DNA of 27,511 nt from a virus. Lineage: Duplodnaviria; Caudoviricetes. Made by a program: the position numbers and the translations under genes. Below are positions 1-7,095 of the stretch, piece by piece. How positions within the stretch are numbered: position 1 is the stretch's first letter; each line of letters starts with the position of its first letter. The notes under the pieces are model-generated. The model was not told where the DNA came from. It saw only the letters and a list, made by a program, of their open reading frames with translations, and made no database searches. The DNA is taken from IMG/VR virus record IMGVR_UViG_3300027373_000017, positions 1 through 27,511 of that record. One strand, given 5' to 3'.

Positions 1-121
1 CAACCAGGCGAAGACATTGAGACGGATGGACGCGGACAGTTTGAGCCGGGAGCAGTGGGAATTGGTGGACGCGGCCGGGCTGCTGGAAGAGATTGATCTT
101 GAATTGGGGCGGGTTGGAGAA
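1..121. repeat. Terminal direct repeat, left copy (identical to 27391-27511); circular contig overlap
   Basis: Bases 1-121 (caaccaggcg...gggttggagaa) match 27391-27511 exactly, and the reading frame is continuous across the join. Confidence 0.97.
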
Positions 122-1537
122 GCCTGGCGAGTGGCGGAAGAGGCGATTGGGAAGGCTGAGGGGGTGAGTTTACGCGGGGCGAAGAGCGGGCATTACCTGG
201 GAAACGGGATGGTTTACGAAAAAGCCGGCGGCAAGTTTTATGAGGTAGCGAGGAACGGAAGCCGGGGGAGTGAGATCAGCACGAAGGAGATAAGAGCGCG
301 CGGGGCCGAGGTGCTGGTTCCGATGGGTGAGGCGTATAAACTGCAGGTGGAGTACGAACGGCTGCTGGCGCAACGGGGTGAGGTAGAAGAGATTGGGTTG
401 CAGATCGGTGAGAAGGTAAAAGAGGAAGGGAAGCCGGGCGGAGAAGATGGAAGGGTGTTGTACCAATTGGCGGCGGATGGTGACGCGGCGGTAGCTGGGG
501 CGGAAAATGATCTTCAGCAATTGAGGAAGTACAAGCGAGTTTGGGACCGAATCGGTGTGGAAAGCCCAGGGTTCAAGGAGTGGTTTGGGGACTGGGAAGC
601 TACAAAGAACGCGGTTATTTATGAAAGTATTATGCCAAAAGAGTATTCATCGAGTGAATTATTTCCGAACACAGATTTTGAAGCGTTGAAAAATTATACA
701 AAAGAAACCTACCGATCGTTAACACAACATACAGCTGTGAATATGAACGACGGCGTCACTATCAGTTTCCCAAATAGTGCATTAGGAAAAACCATATTTG
801 GAGCTGACAAGAACAGTTATAAGTGGAGGATCATTGGAGATCTGCCGGAACTCTTCGCTAATAGCGTTCGTCTCATTTCTGATATTGGTAGACCAGAAAA
901 AGTAAGTATAGATCTGGTTCATCGATATGGCACAAAAATATCAATTGATGGAAACATTATGAATGTCGCCATAGTAGTTCGAGAGGTTAACACTAATAAT
1001 GTAAAAAAATATTATTATGATTATTTTGTCGATGATAAGACAACAAATAAATCCACTGCATCAGCACTCCCTTACAAGGGAGGTGATACAGTGGAATCTA
1101 CTTTCACTATATCACGCTGGTTATCGGAAGTCAATGATCACTCGATTGTTGTGGATGGAGATGGGAGACCGCTACTTATGAGCCAGGTCGATGGGAACGG
1201 ACTTCAATTCAAAGTCCGTCAAGCTGGGGATGTTGGTGATGGGTATTATTTGAACGCGAGGAATGTCATTGATGACGTGGATGTTAATGGACGGGATATT
1301 CCGACCTTGAAGGCGGAAGGGTACGATGGGATCAGGACCGAGGATGGGTTTATTGTATTCGATGAAAACCAGGTAAAAAGTATTGGAAATCGGGGAACGT
1401 TCTCGAAGACTGATCCGAGAGTGCTTTACCAGGAAGGCGGGCAGATGCCTTTATACCCGGTTGGCGGATATGACCAGCCCCAACTTACATTGGGGTTTCG
1501 CTTCGCTCAAACAGAACGGATTTATTCCCACGGGTGA
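2..1537 (+). CDS. C-terminal part of the giant polyvalent virion protein (continuation of 21851-27390 across the circular join); ART-PolyVal-like domain split by an LPD3-like domain
   Basis: Same frame as the ORF starting at 21851. Motifs FKEWFGDWE...SIVVDGDGRPL and LKAEGYDGI...IVFDENQVKSIGNRGTF resemble ART-PolyVal. The intervening AVNMNDGVTISF...IIGDLPELF...HRYGTKISIDG...VVRE...YYYDY resembles LPD3. The track's start at 17 is an artefact of the window edge. Confidence 0.85.
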   Translation, partial: NQAKTLRRMDADSLSREQWELVDAAGLLEEIDLELGRVGEAWRVAEEAIGKAEGVSLRGAKSGHYLGNGMVYEKAGGKFYEVARNGSRGSEISTKEIRARGAEVLVPMGEAYKLQVEYERLLAQRGEVEEIGLQIGEKVKEEGKPGGEDGRVLYQLAADGDAAVAGAENDLQQLRKYKRVWDRIGVESPGFKEWFGDWEATKNAVIYESIMPKEYSSSELFPNTDFEALKNYTKETYRSLTQHTAVNMNDGVTISFPNSALGKTIFGADKNSYKWRIIGDLPELFANSVRLISDIGRPEKVSIDLVHRYGTKISIDGNIMNVAIVVREVNTNNVKKYYYDYFVDDKTTNKSTASALPYKGGDTVESTFTISRWLSEVNDHSIVVDGDGRPLLMSQVDGNGLQFKVRQAGDVGDGYYLNARNVIDDVDVNGRDIPTLKAEGYDGIRTEDGFIVFDENQVKSIGNRGTFSKTDPRVLYQEGGQMPLYPVGGYDQPQLTLGFRFAQTERIYSHG

Positions 1538-1728
1538 GGTATTCGATTCAGGCTGGAATGGTGATGCGAAACAAGGGATCCATTTCTTCTTGTAGCTCGG
1601 ATTTTAAATGACGGTTCCACCAATGAATAATTAATTTTGCCCAAAGAACCTGATAGTTGGCACTTTATGAGGTTAATTTACCGATCCATTAAAATATACG
1701 TCTGAGATAAACTATTAAGAAAATTAAA

Positions 1729-1779
1729 GGCGCCCTCGGCGGGATTCGAACCCACAACCCACAGCTTAGAAGGCTGTTG
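1729..1779 (-). other. att core: 3' fragment of tRNA-Arg(UCU), not an intact tRNA
   Basis: Minus strand reads CAACAGCCTTCTAAGCTGTGGGTTGTGGGTTCGAATCCCGCCGAGGGCGCC: anticodon arm with TCT, T-arm GGTTCGAATCC and the 3' acceptor strand. The D-arm and the 5' acceptor strand (expected GCCCTCG) are absent. Confidence 0.85.
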
Positions 1780-1880
1780 GCTATGGGGTATCTGTATTTG
1801 GTGGTAGTAATGTGTATTTTCATTGTTTTCGATAGATGTGGCGGCAACAAATGTTCTAATTATCGATCTTTTAAGGTTAG

Positions 1881-1937
1881 GCTGTTGGTCATTATGCGCT
1901 ACGTTTTAGACCAACAGCTCAAGAAGCTGTTGGTCTA
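1881..1937. repeat. Three copies of GCTGTTGGTC (1881-1890 direct, 1909-1918 inverted, 1926-1935 direct); candidate integrase arm-type sites, also a 13-bp hairpin
   Basis: Repeats read directly. TAGACCAACAGCT (1907-1919) pairs with AGCTGTTGGTCTA (1925-1937). They lie ~100-160 bp from the att core. Function is inferred. Confidence 0.55.
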
Positions 1938-1997
1938 TTTCATAGGCGGGTCCAGGTTGGTAATTTTTAGTTTGGTTGGCATGGTTATTCGATCAGT

Positions 1998-2996
1998 TTA
2001 TTGGTCGCATTGGGTGGTGACGCCCGGGGCGTTGGTGATGTTGGATTGTTCTGTTTCGGAGTGGATGATGAAGTTGATGTAGAAATCGTTGTTCTGTGGC
2101 CGGCCATAGGCGAGGACGCAAGTGCCGGCGGGGACATATTCATCATACACCCAGACGTTGGAGATGAGATCAATGGAGCGGTAGCCGAGTTGAAGTTTGA
2201 TGGAGGAAAAGGTGGGCGAATAAGCGCGATCGGCGCGGCCATAAACACAGATGTTCTGGTAAATATCGGCGTCGGTGATTTGGGTGAAGTGTTTGCAGGG
2301 GACGCCGTGGAGGGAGGGCTGAAAGGCGGGGGTGCTGGTGGGTGCCGGCTTTGGGGTGGAGGTAGGGCGGACTGGGACGGTAGTGGGTTGTTTTAAAGCG
2401 CTTGAAGGTGGTGGCGTTTTGGTGGTCGGTTTAGTGCAGGCGGTAAAGGATGAATTGTAATCACCTATAACCTGTTCATATTTTGTTTGGTTATCAATGA
2501 TTTCAACCGCTGGAAGTAGACTTTTAAAATAACCATAAGCGTAAACACACTCACGAGCGTTAGTATTCATATTATAAACATAAAGATCACTTCTAAACTT
2601 TGCTATGGAATTGTTATCCACCAAGATAATCTCGTCATACTTTCCGTTATACGCTTGGGATGCTGAACCATAAATACAAACATAATCCCCTATTTGACTG
2701 TTGGAAAGTGAAGAAAAATGTTGGCAAACGGTACCATTGACGATGGGCGGAAAATCTTCAGGAGTGGTTTCGAATACATCTAATAATGGAATGCCGAAAA
2801 GATTTTGGAAGCCAGACAATAAAAAATAAAAAATGATCAACCCCACAAAGGAAAAATAAAAAAGGGATATTTTAAAACCTAAAAAGACATTGTGGCGTTC
2901 GGAGAGATAGTTAGAAGAAAATCCGAAGATAAAGAAGGAGAGGGCTGCCGCGATTATGCCTGAAATTATCAGTAAAATCAGCTCAAGAGTGTTCAT
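1998..2996 (-). CDS. Membrane-anchored protein with two internally repeated Cys-containing (OB-like) domains joined by a Pro/Thr linker
   Basis: Two N-terminal hydrophobic helices. Repeats CQHFSSLSNSQIGDYVCIYGSASQAY and CKHFTQITDADIYQNICVYGRADRAY. Linker PTSTPKPAPTSTP. Confidence 0.8.
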   Translation of the reverse strand: MNTLELILLIISGIIAAALSFFIFGFSSNYLSERHNVFLGFKISLFYFSFVGLIIFYFLLSGFQNLFGIPLLDVFETTPEDFPPIVNGTVCQHFSSLSNSQIGDYVCIYGSASQAYNGKYDEIILVDNNSIAKFRSDLYVYNMNTNARECVYAYGYFKSLLPAVEIIDNQTKYEQVIGDYNSSFTACTKPTTKTPPPSSALKQPTTVPVRPTSTPKPAPTSTPAFQPSLHGVPCKHFTQITDADIYQNICVYGRADRAYSPTFSSIKLQLGYRSIDLISNVWVYDEYVPAGTCVLAYGRPQNNDFYINFIIHSETEQSNITNAPGVTTQCDQ

Positions 2997-3075
2997 ATCT
3001 TGGTTCTATATTCCATTCAGTCGGTTTGTTTATTTATTTGATAAAGGTTTCAAATTATGATGAAATAACTGCAAC

Positions 3076-3103
3076 TTGACTAATTAATGAAATTAGATAT
3101 AAC
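3076..3103 (+). promoter_or_regulatory. Sigma70-type promoter TTGACT-16-TATAAC
   Basis: Near-consensus hexamers at 3076-3081 and 3098-3103 in an AT-rich intergenic gap. Confidence 0.45.
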
Positions 3104-3112
3104 AATAAGTGG

Positions 3113-3149
3113 AGGCTTTCAACGCAACGCGTTGTATTGCCTTTTTTTT
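3113..3149 (+). terminator. Intrinsic terminator-like hairpin with T8 tail
   Basis: AGGC..CAACGC-AAC-GCGTTG..GCCT followed by TTTTTTTT. Confidence 0.55.
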
Positions 3150-3192
3150 ATTTAATGTGCGATCAAGTAATTCGTAGTGATCTATGCTGTAG

Positions 3193-3546
3193 CTACGCAA
3201 ACGCCGTTCTGAAATAGGGTTTCAAACTTGATGGTTTTTTTATGGTTGGTTTATTCTGGAGCTTTTTCTCAGCCATAAGATCGGGGAGAAAGCCTTTTTC
3301 ATAATTATCCACCTGAAGACCAACTACGGTGTTTGTCGCAATATCGACGATCAAAGCTACAGCTTTCTCTGAATAGAATACAACCTTGTTCTTAGGATCG
3401 TCTGTGAAATAAACCCTCAACATATCAAGGGATCCCTCATATTTTAGGATGGGAGTAATCGATTCTCCGTTCAGATATTCTAAAACCAAAGAATAATCTA
3501 ACTCTCCATCTTTATAGTTTTCAATTAGTTGTTTCATGCTGGCCAT
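3193..3546 (-). CDS. DUF2283-like protein, putative antitoxin
   Basis: LKYEGSLDMLRVYF...VALIVDIATNTVVGLQVDNY fits the DUF2283 pattern (Y...D.L.I.F ... D..G.VVG.EI). Overlaps the upstream RelE-like gene. Confidence 0.65.
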   Translation of the reverse strand: MASMKQLIENYKDGELDYSLVLEYLNGESITPILKYEGSLDMLRVYFTDDPKNKVVFYSEKAVALIVDIATNTVVGLQVDNYEKGFLPDLMAEKKLQNKPTIKKPSSLKPYFRTAFA

Positions 3547-3869
3547 AGTATTTTTTCTCCTTTTGGTCTACCTTTTATAAGATAAGCCGTTAGGATATAA
3601 CCGTCGGAATTGTCGTCAAATTCGGCGACGACTTTTATCTCAAAAAATTCGTTGATTTTGTGATAATAAATGTGATTTGAAGAAATAAATTTATCTCCAT
3701 ATACAATGTTGTTTCTTGGTTTTATTATAGCATTTTTGATCTCTTCTTCGTATTCGAGTATTCCATCGTGTTCGTCTTGTATATGATCACTACACTGAAA
3801 ATCATCACAAGTAACTTTGAAATTTCGAATATCAGTTACTTCCCATCGAATATTGATGACATTTCTCAC
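3534..3869 (-). CDS. RelE/BECR-fold RNase toxin-like protein
   Basis: HIQDEH...IKNAIIKP...IYYH...IKVVAEF...GYILTAY...KGEKILW is typical of RelE-like toxins found upstream of DUF2283. RBS AAGGAGA precedes the GTG. Confidence 0.65.
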   Translation of the reverse strand: MRNVINIRWEVTDIRNFKVTCDDFQCSDHIQDEHDGILEYEEEIKNAIIKPRNNIVYGDKFISSNHIYYHKINEFFEIKVVAEFDDNSDGYILTAYLIKGRPKGEKILWPA

Positions 3870-3917
3870 AAATAATATCTCCTTTGGTCCAGAAATGAGA
3901 AGCTTATTTTTCTGCCT

Positions 3918-4100
3918 TTATTTGAGTGCCAGTGGGATGAGGACGGAGAAGGTGATGATACCGCCGGCGATGGTGCCAGGGAGGGCGGCGCGGCGCGGGT
4001 TACGACGCAAGCGCAAGTAGGCTGCCTTGCGGAACAGGTCTACCTGGTCAATGAGATTGAGATCCTGATAGATGGCGATCATCTGATCGGTTTTATTCAC
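3918..4100 (-). CDS. Small protein with C-terminal transmembrane helix, unknown function
   Basis: 60 aa, co-oriented between repressor and toxin. RBS GGGAGG. Hydrophobic C-terminus IAGGIITFSVLIPLAL. Confidence 0.6.
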   Translation of the reverse strand: MNKTDQMIAIYQDLNLIDQVDLFRKAAYLRLRRNPRRAALPGTIAGGIITFSVLIPLALK

Positions 4101-4119
4101 TGGTAATTCCTCCCTGTGT

Positions 4120-4479
4120 TTATTTGTTGCGTTGTTTTCGTTCCAATTTCAGGATAGCGATGTTGTAAAGTTCGTCGATGTCCTCTTCGGGCAGTTCGGC
4201 GAGGATCTCGGAGAAGCGATCAGCGAGATTATCTTTGAGGTTTTGAACTGGGGGAAGCATGCCGGCGGCGACGAGTATTTCAGATAGAGGCAATCTTAAT
4301 GCTTTTGATAACAGTTTAGCATTTTCGAATGTCAATTTATAAGAACCGTTAATTAACTTATTTACGTATGATCTTCCCTTACCCATTTGCCGTGCTAATT
4401 GTGATTGGTTCAGATTTAGATCAATCATTTTATTCAGAAGCCAATCCGTAAATTCTAATTCCCTACCTTGTGCGTTCAT
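4120..4479 (-). CDS. XRE-family HTH repressor (CI-like)
   Basis: LNQSQLARQMGKGRSYVNKLING...LSKALRLPLSEIL is an XRE HTH, divergent from the early operon. I chose the start at 4479 (AGGA RBS); the ORF can extend to 4530. Confidence 0.85.
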   Translation of the reverse strand: MNAQGRELEFTDWLLNKMIDLNLNQSQLARQMGKGRSYVNKLINGSYKLTFENAKLLSKALRLPLSEILVAAGMLPPVQNLKDNLADRFSEILAELPEEDIDELYNIAILKLERKQRNK

Positions 4480-4500
4480 TTCATAATCCTGTTTACTAAT

Positions 4501-4579
4501 ATCTACAAAATGTAGATTGGGACTTGACATTTATTATTGTATATCATAAAATGTAGATAAATATCTACATTATGTTGTA
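4501..4579. promoter_or_regulatory. Genetic switch: rightward promoter TTGACA(4524-4529)-17-TAAAAT(4547-4552) with palindromic operators
   Basis: Perfect palindrome ATCTACA-AAA-TGTAGAT (4501-4517). ATGTAGATA-AA-TATCTACAT (4551-4570) overlaps the -10/+1. Degenerate copies at 4542-4558 and 4563-4579. Confidence 0.85.
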
Positions 4580-4599
4580 TATTTATCACGAGGTGAGAA

Positions 4600-4791
4600 A
4601 TGGAAAAAAGAAAATTAATCCCAATAAACATAACAATGGACGATGAAATAGTGCGGGAAATTGCACGATTATGTGAGGAGATAGATACAGATCGGAGTAA
4701 GTTCATTCGAAAAGCAGTGAGGTTTTATCTAAACGAGTTGGAAAAGAATCCAAACGTAGAAAAACCTGAGCCGGCTTTGCGACTGGAGTGA
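4600..4791 (+). CDS. Ribbon-helix-helix (CopG/Arc/NikR-like) regulator in the Cro position
   Basis: IPINITMDDEIVREIARLCEEIDTDRSKFIRKAVRFYL fits the RHH pattern. RBS GAGGTG. Confidence 0.8.
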   Translation: MEKRKLIPINITMDDEIVREIARLCEEIDTDRSKFIRKAVRFYLNELEKNPNVEKPEPALRLE

Positions 4792-5078
4792 AGATGAACG
4801 CTTGGACAGAAGAAGAAAAGACTATTCAATTCCTCATTTTAGGCTGGGGATTTGCAGAACTTAAGCGGAGAAATGAACTGGTAAGCGGGATAAAACAGCA
4901 ATCCACGCGGACTTACGCGGTGTTTGGACCTAAGTCTGAACCGGTATCTATTGAGTTTTTTACGGATGTGGAGCGCGCGGAGTTTGAACGAATGCAGGGT
5001 GAGCGACCAGAGGGTGATCGTTTGCGTTTTGAGGAAATCCCGGAAAGGTTGGAGGACATAAAAGGATTTCGAAAATAG
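4788..5078 (+). CDS. Hypothetical phage early protein
   Basis: 96 aa, GTGA overlap with the upstream stop. Confidence 0.7.
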   Translation: MKMNAWTEEEKTIQFLILGWGFAELKRRNELVSGIKQQSTRTYAVFGPKSEPVSIEFFTDVERAEFERMQGERPEGDRLRFEEIPERLEDIKGFRK

Positions 5079-5106
5079 AAAAGTGCCGAACGGTAAGATT
5101 CGGCAC
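5079..5106 (-). terminator. Hairpin GTGCCGAA-N8-TTCGGCAC; terminator geometry on the minus strand
   Basis: 8-bp perfect stem (5083-5090/5099-5106) preceded by AAAA on the plus strand. Confidence 0.5.
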
Positions 5107-5173
5107 CCATGGGGGTGAGCTTTTTTGAGTTGGCTCGCCTTAATTATAAACGAATTTATTAAGGAGTATAGAA

Positions 5174-6160
5174 ATGAATGATTTGATGAAGGCTGGCAGA
5201 GTAGAACTGGTGAGCATGGCGGATGTGGAGAAAGCGGCGCGCCTGATGGCGGCGAGCGGGTTTTTTGAGGATACGAAAGACCTTGCTCAGGCGGCGGTGA
5301 AGATCATGGCCGGCGCGGAATTGGGAATTGGACCATACGCGGCGATGACGGGGATCAACATTATCAAGGGCAAGCCGGTGATCGGGGCCGGGTTGCTGGC
5401 GAGCTTGATCAAGCGGAGCGGGATTTACGATTACCTGGTGGATGAGTTGAATGATGAGCGGTGCGCGATCACGTTCACGCGGAACGGGTACAAGTTGGGA
5501 ACGAGTGTATTCAGCCTGGCGGACGCGCGCAAGACGGGCGCCGGCCGGGCGGACCCGACCAAAAGCGGGCAAAGTAACTTGGATCGATATACCAAGAATA
5601 TTTTGTTCGCGCGGGCGATCAGCAACGGGGTGAAGTGGTATTGCCCGGATGTGCTGGTTGGGCAGGTGTATGTACCGGAGGAGATGGAGAACGAGAGCGT
5701 GATTAACAACCCGGTGAACCAGGTAAGCGCGGAGATTGAAGCCGTGACGAGTATGCCAGAAACGGAAGCCGGCGAGGGTGAAGAAGGGGAAAAAAATACC
5801 ACTAAAAAGAAATCTGAGAGACCTTTTAGGCCGGATGTTTTCAGCGCTAATTTCAAGTTGATGGTGGACAATCTGCAAAACAATGGGGGCGTTTCGGCTA
5901 CCGCGGAGCAGGTGGCTTTTGTGCAGAAAATGCTGACGGGAATATTTGAGAGCGAGTTGGAAGAGCGCATGGTGTTGAAGTATTTGACCGGATTTGAATC
6001 TCCTTACATGTTATCCAATGCGGAAGTGCTGGCGTTTGAGCGGGTATTGCAAAAACTGGATATCGCGAAAACGGAGCTTTTATGGCTGAGGGATGAGCTG
6101 CTGGAAGCAAACGTGGAAGCTGAGATGAAAGGCGAAGGCGAGTCGGATGATGGAGAATAA
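5174..6160 (+). CDS. RecT-like single-strand annealing protein (phage recombinase)
   Basis: AAVKIMAGAELGIGP...GINIIKGKP...LLASLIKRSG...FSLADAR...YTKNILFARAIS...CPDV matches phage RecT-like proteins. RBS AAGGAG. Confidence 0.75.
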   Translation: MNDLMKAGRVELVSMADVEKAARLMAASGFFEDTKDLAQAAVKIMAGAELGIGPYAAMTGINIIKGKPVIGAGLLASLIKRSGIYDYLVDELNDERCAITFTRNGYKLGTSVFSLADARKTGAGRADPTKSGQSNLDRYTKNILFARAISNGVKWYCPDVLVGQVYVPEEMENESVINNPVNQVSAEIEAVTSMPETEAGEGEEGEKNTTKKKSERPFRPDVFSANFKLMVDNLQNNGGVSATAEQVAFVQKMLTGIFESELEERMVLKYLTGFESPYMLSNAEVLAFERVLQKLDIAKTELLWLRDELLEANVEAEMKGEGESDDGE

Positions 6161-6512
6161 AGCGGAGTATACAGTGTATACGGTGGGAAAACAGCCCCAC
6201 CAAAGACCGTATGAACCAGCGGAGTTTAAGCGGCATTACCTGGCTTTGGTGGATGCGCTGGAAAAATTTGACTATCCAGTTTACCAGTATGAGGTTTCAA
6301 TGTTAACCGAACGGATGATCGATATATTGCCGGGCTTAGATATTCGACAAGAGGTATTGGAGGAATTGACGGGTCATCATGCAATGATAATGTTGGATTC
6401 CGCGCAAATAAGAGCGTTGATGATTTTATTGAATGTCACCTGGATGGGAAAACCGCCGGCGACGACCCGAGAGGAATTACTCATGTTTAAAGGCGGAGAG
6501 GTGATGAAATGA
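6147..6512 (+). CDS. Hypothetical protein, apparently paralogous to the C-terminal domain of the upstream RecT-like protein
   Basis: IRQEVLEELTGHHAMIMLDSAQIRAL resembles EERMVLKYLTGFESPYMLSNAEVLAF in 5174-6160. Confidence 0.7.
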   Translation: MMENKAEYTVYTVGKQPHQRPYEPAEFKRHYLALVDALEKFDYPVYQYEVSMLTERMIDILPGLDIRQEVLEELTGHHAMIMLDSAQIRALMILLNVTWMGKPPATTREELLMFKGGEVMK

Positions 6513-6745
6513 TCTGTAGAAAAGAATTGGCAGCCGGCAAGGTATTGATCATTGAGGGTAATGTGCGGATCCCGGAGGGGGAGACCTTTATTGGTGAGGA
6601 CATGGCAGGGCGGGAACATGTGTTGAGGGTGATTGAGCAAAGGTTCAAAGATTACCAGTGGTATTGGTGTTATGAGCATATTTGCCGGGTCATCGATGAT
6701 GAGTTTGAGAGGATGTACCTGGAAGAGGATGACTATGTTCAATAA
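6509..6745 (+). CDS. Hypothetical protein
   Basis: ATGA overlap with the upstream stop; RBS GAGGTG. Confidence 0.65.
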   Translation: MICRKELAAGKVLIIEGNVRIPEGETFIGEDMAGREHVLRVIEQRFKDYQWYWCYEHICRVIDDEFERMYLEEDDYVQ

Positions 6746-6868
6746 AAGGCAGATGGACTTCAGTTGGTCCCACGGGGATACACTTCGTTATATCTGGTGT
6801 TATGAGCATATTTGCCGGGTCATCGATGATGAGTTTGAGAGGATATACCTGGAAGAGGATGACTATGT
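6665..6868 (+). repeat. 74-bp direct repeat (6665-6738 and 6795-6868, one mismatch)
   Basis: tggtgttatgagcatatttgccgggtcatcgatgatgagtttgagaggatRtacctggaagaggatgactatgt occurs twice, 130 bp apart. Confidence 0.95.
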
Positions 6869-6875
6869 ACTATAG
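6735..6875 (+). CDS. 46-aa ORF created by the duplication (shares its C-terminus with 6509-6745)
   Basis: RBS GAGGA plus ATG at the end of repeat copy 1. MFNKRQMDFSWSHGDTLRYIWCYEHICRVIDDEFERIYLEEDDYVL. Confidence 0.45.
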   Translation: MFNKRQMDFSWSHGDTLRYIWCYEHICRVIDDEFERIYLEEDDYVL

Positions 6876-7095
6876 CCGGCTGAAGGATAAGTGTATTGAG
6901 CGGAAGGACGCGGATATCAAGGTGGAGGCCTTCCGGGAGTGGTATGAGACGCGTAACGATCAGGAGCGGGCGCAGATTGATTATCTGCGGGCGGAAGTGG
7001 CGCGATTGAAGGTGCCGAATTTGGGTGATATTGGGATTGATGAACTGGTGGCGAGCCTGATTTTGAAAGCCGACCGGCGGGTTGGGTTGGTATGA
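6865..7095 (+). CDS. Hypothetical protein
   Basis: RBS plus ATG at the end of repeat copy 2 (MYYSRLKDK...). The stop overlaps the next ATG. Confidence 0.65.
   Translation: MYYSRLKDKCIERKDADIKVEAFREWYETRNDQERAQIDYLRAEVARLKVPNLGDIGIDELVASLILKADRRVGLV

Noticed and set aside
1729-1805. Intact tRNA-Arg gene
   Set aside because: No D-arm or 5' acceptor strand complementary to CGAGGGC.
1846-1856. LexA (GAAC-N4-GTTC) SOS box near att
   Set aside because: Only a partial match (CAAC-AAAT-GTTC) and no associated promoter or gene.
1777-2396. Plus-strand ORFs 1777-2082 and 2001-2396
   Set aside because: They overlap the att arm region and the better-supported minus-strand membrane gene; no RBS or motifs.
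6665-6868. 74-bp repeat pair as a CRISPR array for the type IV module
   Set aside because: Only two copies, too long, protein-coding and non-palindromic; better explained as a local duplication.
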